Below are positions 8,255 through 15,851 of a stretch of 64,000 nt of DNA, piece after piece (position 1 is the first letter of the stretch; every line of letters starts with the position of its first letter). The position numbers and the translations under genes are program-made. This stretch comes from a virus. Its lineage: Duplodnaviria > Caudoviricetes. Under the pieces are notes generated by a model. It had not been told where the DNA came from. It did not search any database and saw only the letters and a list, made by a program, of their open reading frames with translations. Location: positions 1-64,000 of IMG/VR virus record IMGVR_UViG_3300025638_000003; one strand, 5' to 3'.

Positions 8255-8325
8255 AGGAGGTCCGCTGGGCGGTACGAGGTCTCCAAAACCTTGTTTGACA
8301 GGTTCGATTCCTGTACCTTCTGCCA
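8255..8325 (+). tRNA. tRNA-Trp (CCA), shortened D-arm
   Basis: AGGAGGT/ACCTTCT, CTCCAAA loop, GCCA; D-arm CCGC-TGG-GCGG. Confidence 0.85.
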
Positions 8326-8502
8326 ATTTAGATAGAAAAAATGAATTTATTTATACTATTTATTTATAAAGATTAGAATTTAAAGATTATAGTACTGCAT
8401 TAAGTTTCGCTAAAAAAACAGCAGAAGAAATGTTAAAGGATGCGGATCTTGATATGTAATAAATACAACAATTTCTATTAAATTTTAATATATTTATATG
8501 AC

Positions 8503-9810
8503 ATGAATATATACCAATTATTAAAAGAATCAAAGCAGTTGTTGAATCAATCGGTTCAATTAAATCTTGACACTACTCAATTAATTTCGGAGGCTCTTGA
8601 ATTAGAATTGCACGAGGATTTATTAGTTGTTGTTTCTAATGAAGAAGATCGAAGAAAAGCTTCTCAAGAAACTTTTCGAAATAAAAGTGCGTTATATGCG
8701 GCTGGATTCAGATGGAATTCTGGAATAAATGCTTGGGTAATTGATAAATCCGAATTTAATCGTGTAAAGCCGATTATAATGAAAATAAATCAATCGGCAA
8801 AAAATCAGCTTGCAGATAGAGCAAATGAACTTTTAGATAAAATACAAAATACATCTGATTTGCGATCACATTCTCCTGGACTTTCTCGTAAAGAAGAGTT
8901 GAGTGTAATGATTGAAAAGTTCGTTGAAGATTTAACTACTGCTATAGATGACGTTAAGGCGTCTGAAACTTTTAGAAAATATTTGGAATTTGGTCTGCGA
9001 TTTCGTTCTTATAGTTGGTATAATACGATGCTTATTTGGATGCAAAGACCTAGTGCAACAAAAGTGGCTGGATTTAAACAGTGGCAAGATAAGTTTTACA
9101 GACGAGTTAAAAAAGGAGCTAAAGGAATTACTATTTTAGCACCAATGATTTCAAAGAAAAAAGAAGAACCCGACGAAGATGGAATAGATTCGACCGATTT
9201 AGATCCCGTTAAAAAAGAAAAAGAATATAAGCAAATACGATTTATGGCGGTAACTGTATTTGACATTTCTGATACTGAACCCATAGACGAGCGGGGAGAA
9301 GTTCCCGAAGAACCTAATTGGAAAGGAAGCAATGATCCCAATGAAAAGGCGGATGAAGTATATGAATGTGCTGCTGAATTGGCCGATAATATGGGAATTA
9401 AACTTGAAACGGGTGATGCAAAGGGTTCTGAAATGGGGTGGGCTAAAGGAGATCATATAAATATTACTAGCAATATTGCCGGAGTAAATCGTGCAGCAAC
9501 ACTCATTCATGAAATTGCTCATGAATTATTACATTTTAAGAAATCCTCCCCGTTTTATGTTGGTGATGTAGATGATGTACGATTGACCAGAGAAGTTGCT
9601 GAATTACAAGCAGAAACGGTTTCTTATATTGTAATTCGATATTATGAATTGCCCGCAGAGCATCATGCGACATATTTAGCTTTTTGGAAAGGTAATAAAG
9701 ATGCTATTTCTAAAAACATAACACATATTCGTAAAGCTGCGGATTTTATTATTAAAGAAATAGATAAAATTCAAGAATATCGTAAAAAGGAAGCCGGGCC
9801 AGATTTATAA
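8503..9810 (+). CDS. ArdC-like ssDNA-binding domain fused to ImmA/IrrE-like zincin metallopeptidase
   Basis: YSWYNTMLIWMQRPSATKVAGFKQW...RRVKKGAKGITILAP (ArdC-N/DUF1738-like); HEIAH and ELQAE (HExxH + E). Confidence 0.8.
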   Translation: MNIYQLLKESKQLLNQSVQLNLDTTQLISEALELELHEDLLVVVSNEEDRRKASQETFRNKSALYAAGFRWNSGINAWVIDKSEFNRVKPIIMKINQSAKNQLADRANELLDKIQNTSDLRSHSPGLSRKEELSVMIEKFVEDLTTAIDDVKASETFRKYLEFGLRFRSYSWYNTMLIWMQRPSATKVAGFKQWQDKFYRRVKKGAKGITILAPMISKKKEEPDEDGIDSTDLDPVKKEKEYKQIRFMAVTVFDISDTEPIDERGEVPEEPNWKGSNDPNEKADEVYECAAELADNMGIKLETGDAKGSEMGWAKGDHINITSNIAGVNRAATLIHEIAHELLHFKKSSPFYVGDVDDVRLTREVAELQAETVSYIVIRYYELPAEHHATYLAFWKGNKDAISKNITHIRKAADFIIKEIDKIQEYRKKEAGPDL

Positions 9811-9811
9811 T

Positions 9812-9886
9812 GGTGGGTATATCATAATGGTAATGTCTCCGACTGTGACTCGGATTATACGGGTTCGATTCCCGTTACTCACCCCA
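9812..9886 (+). tRNA. tRNA-His (GTG) with encoded G-1
   Basis: TCCGA-CTGTGAC-TCGGA; ends CACCCCA. Confidence 0.95.
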
Positions 9887-9894
9887 ATTTCAAT

Positions 9895-9971
9895 GCGCCG
9901 AAAGCTACAGTGGACCGGCACCCGGCTCTTACCCGGATATGGTTGGGTTTCAACTACCCATCGGCGCACCA
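9895..9971 (+). tRNA. tRNA-Lys (CTT)
   Basis: GCGCCGA/TCGGCGC, CTCTTAC loop, ACCA. Confidence 0.85.
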
Positions 9972-9977
9972 TTTTTA

Positions 9978-10087
9978 TTAATAGATAAGGTGAAGACGTT
10001 CAATTAGTGTAATGGATAGCACCCCGGCCCTAATATGCCGGTAGAGCGGTTCGATTCCGCAGGACGAAGTAGTAAGTTATTTATTAA
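9978..10087 (+). ncRNA. tRNA-like domain embedded in a long closing stem (no CCA)
   Basis: D-arm GTGT-AATGGATA-GCAC, CCGGC-8nt-GCCGG, GCGG-TTCGATT-CCGC; outer TTAATAGATAA/TTATTTATTAA. Confidence 0.55.
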
Positions 10088-10205
10088 GACCCTGATAGAC
10101 GGTGTGTACAGCCGGAACGACGTGAAATCCAGTAATAACAATTTTAGATGCTAACAGCAATATTCTAATCTATATTATGATAGACTCAAAAATGCATCTA
10201 GTTTC

Positions 10206-10284
10206 CAGCGTGTCGCCTAGCCTGGCAATGGCACTTGTTTCGGGGACAAGCATAACGTGGGTTCGAATCCCACCACGCTGACCA
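10206..10284 (+). tRNA. tRNA-Pro (CGG)
   Basis: CAGCGTG/CACGCTG, TTCGGGG loop. Confidence 0.95.
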
Positions 10285-10289
10285 CTTTT

Positions 10290-10370
10290 GGAGGCGAGGG
10301 CAAAGTAGTCGAGCCGCAACCCTGTCACGGTTGAGAATTTTAGCGGGTGCGAGTCCCGTCGTCTCCGCCA
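10290..10370 (+). tRNA. tRNA-Asp (GTC)
   Basis: GGAGGCG/CGTCTCC, CTGTCAC loop, GCCA. Confidence 0.9.
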
Positions 10371-10372
10371 AT

Positions 10373-10446
10373 GGCCCATTAAGTAAATGGCATACTATCC
10401 TCCTGATAAGGGGAAATCCCTGGTTCGATTCCAGGATGGGCTACCA
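10373..10446 (+). tRNA. tRNA-Ile (GAT)
   Basis: GGCCCAT/ATGGGCT, CTGATAA loop. Confidence 0.95.
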
Positions 10447-10453
10447 ATTTTAC

Positions 10454-10528
10454 GCTGCGCTGGTGAAATGAATATCACACAACCCTGCGAAGGTTGAGTT
10501 CCGGGTTTGATTCCCGGGTGCAGTACCA
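10454..10528 (+). tRNA. tRNA-Arg (GCG)
   Basis: CAACC-CTGCGAA-GGTTG anticodon arm, ACCA. Confidence 0.9.
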
Positions 10529-10533
10529 TATTC

Positions 10534-10610
10534 GCTCCCATAGACCAATTGGAAGAGTCAACAGACTTAAAATCTGTGTGTTGCGGGTTCGAATCCCGCT
10601 GGGAGTACCA
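10534..10610 (+). tRNA. tRNA-Leu (TAA), short variable loop
   Basis: GCTCCCA/TGGGAGT, ACAGA-CTTAAAA-TCTGT. Confidence 0.9.
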
Positions 10611-10614
10611 ATTT

Positions 10615-10701
10615 GGGCGTGTCGCATAGTGGCAATTGCAGGAGACTGTAAATCTCCCGGCCTAACGGCCTTCGTAGGTTCGAGTCCTACCATGCCCACC
10701 A
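10615..10701 (+). tRNA. tRNA-Tyr (GTA)
   Basis: CTGTAAA loop, long V-arm GGCC/GGCC, ACCA. Confidence 0.95.
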
Positions 10702-10744
10702 CTTTAATATATATTTTTATGTAAACGTTGAATATTTATATTAT

Positions 10745-11077
10745 ATGTTAATGAATGAGATTAAAGATTTAATTAAAGAAGAATTGATACAATATATCAT
10801 TAAAGAATCAAAGATGGAATTGAATCATCTTAAAAATAACATTTCGAATTCGACTATAACTGGAAAATCGTGGAATAAGTTAATTGATCAATTGGGAGAT
10901 GTTATTAATGAAATTAAAGATTTTAATTCTCAATATTCCAGTCCCATACATGGGCCCTTGCCCAATACTTCTACGGCTCTATTAAAAGCAAAAGAAATAA
11001 TTTCTATTTTACAAGAAATAAAACCAGTTATAATTGGAATGGATTCTATTGAACGAAAAGAAAATTCAATATATTAA
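10745..11077 (+). CDS. Hypothetical protein (possible internal head protein)
   Basis: Preceded by TATTTAT; N-terminal IKDLIKEE/IIKES motif. Confidence 0.6.
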   Translation: MLMNEIKDLIKEELIQYIIKESKMELNHLKNNISNSTITGKSWNKLIDQLGDVINEIKDFNSQYSSPIHGPLPNTSTALLKAKEIISILQEIKPVIIGMDSIERKENSIY

Positions 11078-11088
11078 AATAATTTTAT

Positions 11089-11163
11089 TCCGGGGTAGAT
11101 CAATGGTGGATCGTCTGACTGTTAATCAGAAGGTTGCAGGTTCAAGTCCTGCCCTCGGAGCCA
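11089..11163 (+). tRNA. tRNA-Asn (GTT)
   Basis: TCCGGGG/CTCGGA, CTGTTAA loop, GCCA. Confidence 0.95.
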
Positions 11164-11186
11164 ATTTTAAAACGTTATAAAAAGTT

Positions 11187-11333
11187 ATGAAAAGTAAACT
11201 TAAAATGTTGCGATGGGTAAATTTTGTCAGTAAAGTTCTATCATTATCTTTTAAAAATAAGGAAATAATGGATTTAGATTCAAGATTGGATTCAATTGAG
11301 AATCGAGGAAAAGTCCCTTATTATGATTATTAG
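11187..11333 (+). CDS. Small hypothetical protein (48 aa)
   Basis: ATG..TAG ORF followed by terminator. Confidence 0.4.
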   Translation: MKSKLKMLRWVNFVSKVLSLSFKNKEIMDLDSRLDSIENRGKVPYYDY

Positions 11334-11337
11334 CATC

Positions 11338-11368
11338 CGTGAGGGATTTAATTCCCTCACGAGTTTTT
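11338..11368 (+). terminator. Intrinsic terminator
   Basis: CGTGAGGGA-TTTAAT-TCCCTCACG + AGTTTTT. Confidence 0.75.
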
Positions 11369-11410
11369 ATTAAAACCTATATATTTATTATATAAAATGA
11401 TTGATTTTAT

Positions 11411-12058
11411 ATGATAAAGTTAAAACAATTACTTAGGGAATTCCAAGAAAGGAAGGAATTATACCATGCAACTACTCGGAAAGCAGCAAATGGCATTATA
11501 AATAGAGGGACTGATATAAGTTTAGCAGGAAAACATTATGGTGGTGCGGGAAGAGATCAGGGATCGGGATTTTATTTTTTTACAAATAAAGGCGATGCTA
11601 TAAAACAAGCAGAAGATTTTGATGGAGAAGTTATTTTAGTATTTAATCAAAAAATTTCAGTTGAAGATTTTGATGTTGATTATGAAGTTGAGGAGAAATC
11701 TTGTAAAAAGTTTTTATTAAAACATTTGGAATTTGTTAAAAAACATGCTGAAGCATTGGGGATAAAAGAAGTTCGTCCAAAAAATCATTTTGCAGGACCA
11801 GTGCTTATATTAAGAGTACCCGATAATCCTCGGGCTATGAGGGCTATGAATTTGAGTGTAACGGGATCCATGAGTTCATATTATGCAACCATCATATCAA
11901 TTATGTTTCGAACTTTGGAAAGAATAAATAAAGGATTATTTTTAAAATTTAAAAAAGAATTTTTATTTGATGCTGTGGCTATTAAATACATTGGAGAAAA
12001 ACCTTTATTTCCTATTAGAGTTGAAGATCTTAAAGGTAATATTATTTTAAGACTTTAA
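11411..12058 (+). CDS. Putative ADP-ribosyltransferase (H-Y-E/PARP-like clade)
   Basis: ELYHAT...II..G and QGSGFYFFT motifs; N-terminal MIKLKQLLRE. Confidence 0.55.
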   Translation: MIKLKQLLREFQERKELYHATTRKAANGIINRGTDISLAGKHYGGAGRDQGSGFYFFTNKGDAIKQAEDFDGEVILVFNQKISVEDFDVDYEVEEKSCKKFLLKHLEFVKKHAEALGIKEVRPKNHFAGPVLILRVPDNPRAMRAMNLSVTGSMSSYYATIISIMFRTLERINKGLFLKFKKEFLFDAVAIKYIGEKPLFPIRVEDLKGNIILRL

Positions 12059-12065
12059 ATTTTTA

Positions 12066-12152
12066 GCATCCGTGGTGTAAATGGATAACACACTTGGCTT
12101 CGAACCAAGAGACGACTCGCTTGTGGGGGTTCAAATCCTCCCGGATGCACCA
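12066..12152 (+). tRNA. tRNA-Arg (TCG) with extended variable region
   Basis: GCATCCG/CGGATGC, CTTGG-CTTCGAA-CCAAG, 15-nt variable region. Confidence 0.85.
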
Positions 12153-12154
12153 TT

Positions 12155-12232
12155 CCCGTCTGGGCAGGTGGGGTCATATTGCGCTAGTCTGAAGAACTAG
12201 AGAACTCCGTTCGACTCGGAGAGACGGGACCA
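12155..12232 (+). tRNA. tRNA-Phe (GAA)
   Basis: CCCGTCT/AGACGGG, CTAGT-CTGAAGA-ACTAG. Confidence 0.9.
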
Positions 12233-12247
12233 ATTTCAAAATGTTAC

Positions 12248-12275
12248 TTGACATTTATTTAAATCTTGGTATAAT
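12248..12275 (+). promoter_or_regulatory. Sigma70-type promoter
   Basis: TTGACA-16nt-TATAAT with TG extension. Confidence 0.75.
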
Positions 12276-12296
12276 GTCTAGTAAAATTAAAGTAAT

Positions 12297-12521
12297 ATGA
12301 AGTTGACGTTGAAATTTCAAGACCAAGATTTTGAAACCTTGCGTAAATTTGATTCGGCGGTGAAACGCCAATTGGGACCCAATGTTTATGTGGGGACAGA
12401 TTATTTGTGTTTTTACTTTGATTTCCCCAAGAAACTTTCGGAGAGGCTTCGGCCTCATGCGCCAAAAGGCGAATTGGAAGTAACTTTGGAATCTTCGGTT
12501 CCAGATGCAAGAAAGAATTAG
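12297..12521 (+). CDS. Hypothetical protein
   Basis: ORF directly after promoter. Confidence 0.6.
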   Translation: MKLTLKFQDQDFETLRKFDSAVKRQLGPNVYVGTDYLCFYFDFPKKLSERLRPHAPKGELEVTLESSVPDARKN

Positions 12522-12526
12522 ATTTT

Positions 12527-12893
12527 GTGAGGGGTAAGTTGTCTAACCCCGAACGGTGACAACAAAGCATGTGAGACATGCTGCTATGGTGGATAAAGAA
12601 ATGGACATCCTAGAGGCACCACCCCGTATAGGATATGATGGGTAGTTTTGTTCCGGAAAGGGACATATTGCGCAAACCGCATTTTCTTTCCCCATCCAGA
12701 GAAATGCGGGTATTAATTTATCTCAATGAATTGTATAAGTAATAATATTGCTTTACGGGTTGAGAAGGTTATATAAACAACACACCACAATAACGGGTTC
12801 GAAACCGGACGATAATGTGTTGGGTGAGAGCATGGAATCTTACTTATAATCCCAATTTCCATGAATTGAGAAGCAATTGCTTATCTCAACCCT
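12527..12893 (+). ncRNA. Large unidentified structured RNA with multiple pseudoknots
   Basis: ORF-free, GC-elevated; four loop-to-distal complementarities and a T-loop-like GGTTCGAAACC. Confidence 0.6.
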
Positions 12894-12895
12894 TT

Positions 12896-12973
12896 CAGCG
12901 TGTCGCCTAGCCCGGCATGGCACTTGCATGGGGTGCAAGAATAACGTGGGTTCGAATCCCACCACGCTGACCA
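12896..12973 (+). tRNA. tRNA-Pro (GGG)
   Basis: CAGCGTG/CACGCTG, CTTGC-ATGGGGT-GCAAG; close paralog of tRNA-Pro(CGG). Confidence 0.95.
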
Positions 12974-12980
12974 ATCTCAA

Positions 12981-13096
12981 CAACTATTAAATAGTGCCAA
13001 TTGAAGCGACACGAAGTAGAAAGGAAAAGTTGATAGTTGGAAGTTATATTGGCAAAGCCTGAAAGGTGTCATTCTACGTTCTTTGTCAATATAATT
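12981..13096 (+). ncRNA. Two-hairpin RNA with complementary (kissing) loops
   Basis: Stems CAACTATTAA/TTGATAGTTG and GTTATATTGGCAAAG/CTTTGTCAATATAAT; loops GACAC/GTGTC and GTAGAA/TTCTAC. Confidence 0.55.
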
Positions 13097-13173
13097 GGCA
13101 CCGTGGCCCAACAGGAAGAGGCGGCTGACTTAGGATCAGTAGGTTGGGGGTTCGAATCCCTCCGGTGCTACCA
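13097..13173 (+). tRNA. tRNA-Leu (TAG), short variable loop
   Basis: GGCACCG/CGGTGCT, CTTAGGA loop. Confidence 0.9.
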
Positions 13174-13203
13174 CTTTATAAATACTCAAATGAAAGATTA
13201 AAA

Positions 13204-13698
13204 ATGATAACTAAAGTTATAGCTGATGTATTAAAATACCCATGTAATGCAATATGCCATCAGGCAAATTGTTTTCATACAATGGGTTCGGGGGTAGCCC
13301 TTCAAATTAAGAAAAAATATCCCGAGGCTTATGAAGCCGATATTAAACATGGAAAAAAGGGAGATCGATTAAGATTAGGAAGTATGTCGGTAGCCCAAGC
13401 TAAAGATGGAAAATATATTTATAATGTATATGGCCAATATGAATATGGAACCCATAAAAGACAAACTAATTATGAAGCTTTATATACTGGATTAGAATTA
13501 GTTAAATCTCATGCTTTGGATCACGATATAAAAGATTTAGCCGTACCTTATTATATGAGCAGTGCTTTGGCCGGAGGAAATTGGATAATAGTAGAATCAA
13601 TGTTTCGTGCTTTATTTGAATATTCTACTATTAACATAATAGTTTGTGAATATAGACCTATGCATTATTGGTCTGCTGATGAAATGAAGAAAAATTAA
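13204..13698 (+). CDS. Macro domain protein (ADP-ribose binding/hydrolase)
   Basis: AICHQANCFHTMGSGVALQIKKKYP, YNVYGQ, ALAGGNW motifs. Confidence 0.85.
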   Translation: MITKVIADVLKYPCNAICHQANCFHTMGSGVALQIKKKYPEAYEADIKHGKKGDRLRLGSMSVAQAKDGKYIYNVYGQYEYGTHKRQTNYEALYTGLELVKSHALDHDIKDLAVPYYMSSALAGGNWIIVESMFRALFEYSTINIIVCEYRPMHYWSADEMKKN

Positions 13699-13703
13699 AT
13701 AAC

Positions 13704-13778
13704 GGCCCTATCGTCTAATAGAAGGATATATGCCTTTCAAGCATAAGATCGTGAGTGCGATACTCCGTAGGGCTGCCA
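13704..13778 (+). tRNA. tRNA-Glu (TTC)
   Basis: GGCCCTA/TAGGGCT, TATGC-CTTTCAA-GCATA; irregular T-arm. Confidence 0.8.
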
Positions 13779-13782
13779 CTTT

Positions 13783-14148
13783 ATGCGAAAATGGATTAAA
13801 CAAAAACAAGGTACAAAAAATTGTGGGGCGATAGCTATTGCCGTTATTGCGAAGGTTTCCTTGAAAAAAGCCATTGAAGCGTGCGGTACAGAAGGGCCAA
13901 TGAATACTAAAGATTTAGTTAGAGGTATTCGTAAATTGGGTTATACTTGTCCGGATCATTGTAAAAGAAAACGTCCAGAATTAGGAATTGGTCATCTTAC
14001 ATATACTGCTAATAAGAAAAATCGAAGACATTGGGTAGCTATTGATGGAAACAAAATATATGATGGGTTTCATGGAAAACCTGATGGTACTGTAGATTGG
14101 AATAAAGAATGGAAATTAACTTCGTATTTACCTGTGAAAAAAATTTAA
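13783..14148 (+). CDS. C39-like papain-fold cysteine peptidase
   Basis: IKQ...NCGAIAIA and HWVAID..IYD catalytic C/H/D pattern. Confidence 0.6.
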   Translation: MRKWIKQKQGTKNCGAIAIAVIAKVSLKKAIEACGTEGPMNTKDLVRGIRKLGYTCPDHCKRKRPELGIGHLTYTANKKNRRHWVAIDGNKIYDGFHGKPDGTVDWNKEWKLTSYLPVKKI

Positions 14149-14224
14149 GGGCGGCTGGTGAAATCGAAAATCATGCAAGTCTTCTAAACTTGAGTTCCCG
14201 GTTTGAATCCGGGGCTGCCTGCCA
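14149..14224 (+). tRNA. tRNA-Arg (TCT)
   Basis: CAAGT-CTTCTAA-ACTTG, GCCA. Confidence 0.9.
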
Positions 14225-14247
14225 TATATAATAAAATTAATTTTAAT

Positions 14248-14771
14248 ATGAACAAATTTCCATTATTAGATTTAGAAATAAGAAAATTTTTAGAAAATGT
14301 CATTGAAAAAGGACCCAGGCCCTTTAATATATTTGAATATGGTTCGGGAGGTTCTACGATTTGGTATGGTAAAAAAATATAGGCAAAATTATATCGTTGG
14401 AACATGATATAGAATGGTATAATGAAGTAAAAAAAGAAATTATAAATCTTCCAGTAGAATTATATTATCGTCCACCAATTAAATCTAAAATTATAACTCA
14501 TAGTTCTGTACTTCCAAATAATGATTTTAGTTCATATATTAATTTTATATCGGAACTTGATAAAAAATATAATTTGATAATTGTAGATGGTCGGGCGAGG
14601 GTTTTATGTTTTCAAAAGTCATTAAAATATGTAAATTTGGGAGGACATATTATATTGCATGATTCTGAACGAGAAGAATATAGTATATGTTGGAAAATGG
14701 CTACAAGAAATAGATTTAAAATTTGGGAAATTTTAGAAAAAAGAAATACGTTGATTTGTCAAAAGTATTAA
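14248..14771 (+). pseudogene. Class I SAM-dependent methyltransferase split by a frameshift at an A7 run (14371-14377)
   Basis: Frame 1 MNKFP...FEYGSGGSTIWY; frame 2 ...ISLEHDIEW...IVDGRAR...HDSER; one extra A restores a single ORF. Confidence 0.75.
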
Positions 14772-14774
14772 TAT

Positions 14775-14850
14775 GCTCTCATAGCTTAAATGGAAAAGTG
14801 CCACGGTCCTAACGTGGAAGATATAGGTTCAAGTCCTATTGAGAGTACCA
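14775..14850 (+). tRNA. tRNA-Arg (CCT)
   Basis: CCACG-GTCCTAA-CGTGG, ACCA. Confidence 0.9.
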
Positions 14851-14851
14851 T

Positions 14852-14925
14852 TCCCGTTTAGTGTAACGGTAGCATAACAGGCTTTGAACCTGTCGGTCCA
14901 CGTTCGAATCGTGGAGCGGGAGCCA
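14852..14925 (+). tRNA. tRNA-Gln (TTG)
   Basis: ACAGG-CTTTGAA-CCTGT, GCCA. Confidence 0.95.
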
Positions 14926-15057
14926 TTTTAAAATAAATAATATTTTATATATGACATAATATATATAAAAGAAGACCAAGTGGTTTTCGATATTTACGCC
15001 TTGAGTGAGGGTAAATATTTTAATTGACTAAATGTAATTAAAAAAGAAAGGAAATAT

Positions 15058-15528
15058 ATGTTACCAGTAAAATTTAGATTATTTGACTCTCCATTTGTTG
15101 ATCGAGATGAATTTCTCACTCCATTTTCAACTATGTTTGATACCTTATATAATGACATGTTTAAAGACTTTAATAAGGATTTTTTTGAAAAGGGTACTTA
15201 TCCAAAAGTTGATGTGCGGGATGAATCGGATTGTATAATTATAGAAGCCGAGGTTCCTGGATTAACAAAAGATCAAATTAAAGTGGAAATAGATGGAACA
15301 TCTCTACGTATTAAAGGTGAAAAAAAGAAAGTCGATGAAACAAAATCCAAAACGTATTTACATAAAGAATTAAAACATTCTGCGTTTTGTCGTTCTTTTA
15401 CAATTGGAAAGAATATCAAAATGGAAGATATTTCTTCCAAATTTGAAAATGGAGTTCTCGAAATTGTTTTGCCAAAAATTAAACCGGAAGGAAAGCCGAA
15501 AACGGTAAGACAAATTGAAATTAAGTAA
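15058..15528 (+). CDS. Small heat-shock protein (Hsp20/alpha-crystallin)
   Basis: YPKVDV...EAEVPGL...FCRSF...FENGVLEIVLPK. Confidence 0.95.
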   Translation: MLPVKFRLFDSPFVDRDEFLTPFSTMFDTLYNDMFKDFNKDFFEKGTYPKVDVRDESDCIIIEAEVPGLTKDQIKVEIDGTSLRIKGEKKKVDETKSKTYLHKELKHSAFCRSFTIGKNIKMEDISSKFENGVLEIVLPKIKPEGKPKTVRQIEIK

Positions 15529-15577
15529 TACTTGACAAATCTTCAAGTATCTGCTACACTGTGGCCGATACTTGATT

Positions 15578-15665
15578 GGTGGGTTGGCAGAGCGGACGAA
15601 TGCATCCGACTTGAAATCGGAAGTGGGCAACACCACCGGAGGTTCGAATCCTTCACCCACCGCCA
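15578..15665 (+). tRNA. tRNA-Ser (TGA)
   Basis: CTTGAAA loop, long V-arm, GCCA. Confidence 0.95.
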
Positions 15666-15667
15666 AT

Positions 15668-15742
15668 GCAAGATTAGCTCAGTGGAAGAGCACCTCGCTT
15701 ACACCGAGGGGGTCGAAGGTTCAAATCCTTCATCTTGCACCA
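15668..15742 (+). tRNA. tRNA-Val (TAC)
   Basis: CCTCG-CTTACAC-CGAGG. Confidence 0.95.
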
Positions 15743-15747
15743 TTTTT

Positions 15748-15835
15748 GGAGGGGTGCTAGAGTGGTAATAGGCCGGACTGCTAATCCGGTGCCCCGGTTA
15801 AACGGGCGGGAGTTCGATCCTCCCCCCCTCCGCCA
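15748..15835 (+). tRNA. tRNA-Ser (GCT)
   Basis: CCGGA-CTGCTAA-TCCGG, long V-arm, GCCA. Confidence 0.95.
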
Positions 15836-15851
15836 TATGTAACATATAACT

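Noticed and set aside
10024-10041. Possible amber suppressor (CTA in loop) implying recoding
   Set aside because: Loop is 8 nt without U33 in register, there is no proper acceptor or CCA, and TAG is used as a normal stop (e.g. 19948, 32625)
10091-10130. Hammerhead-like CTGATAGA...GAAC
   Set aside because: Core deviates from CUGANGA/GAAA, with no convincing stems I/III or cleavage triplet
12527-12893. tmRNA or group I intron
   Set aside because: No Ala-type acceptor ends or tag frame, and no recognisable P7/R/S motifs
14989-15020. RNA thermometer upstream of Hsp20
   Set aside because: The hairpin does not cover the ribosome-binding region
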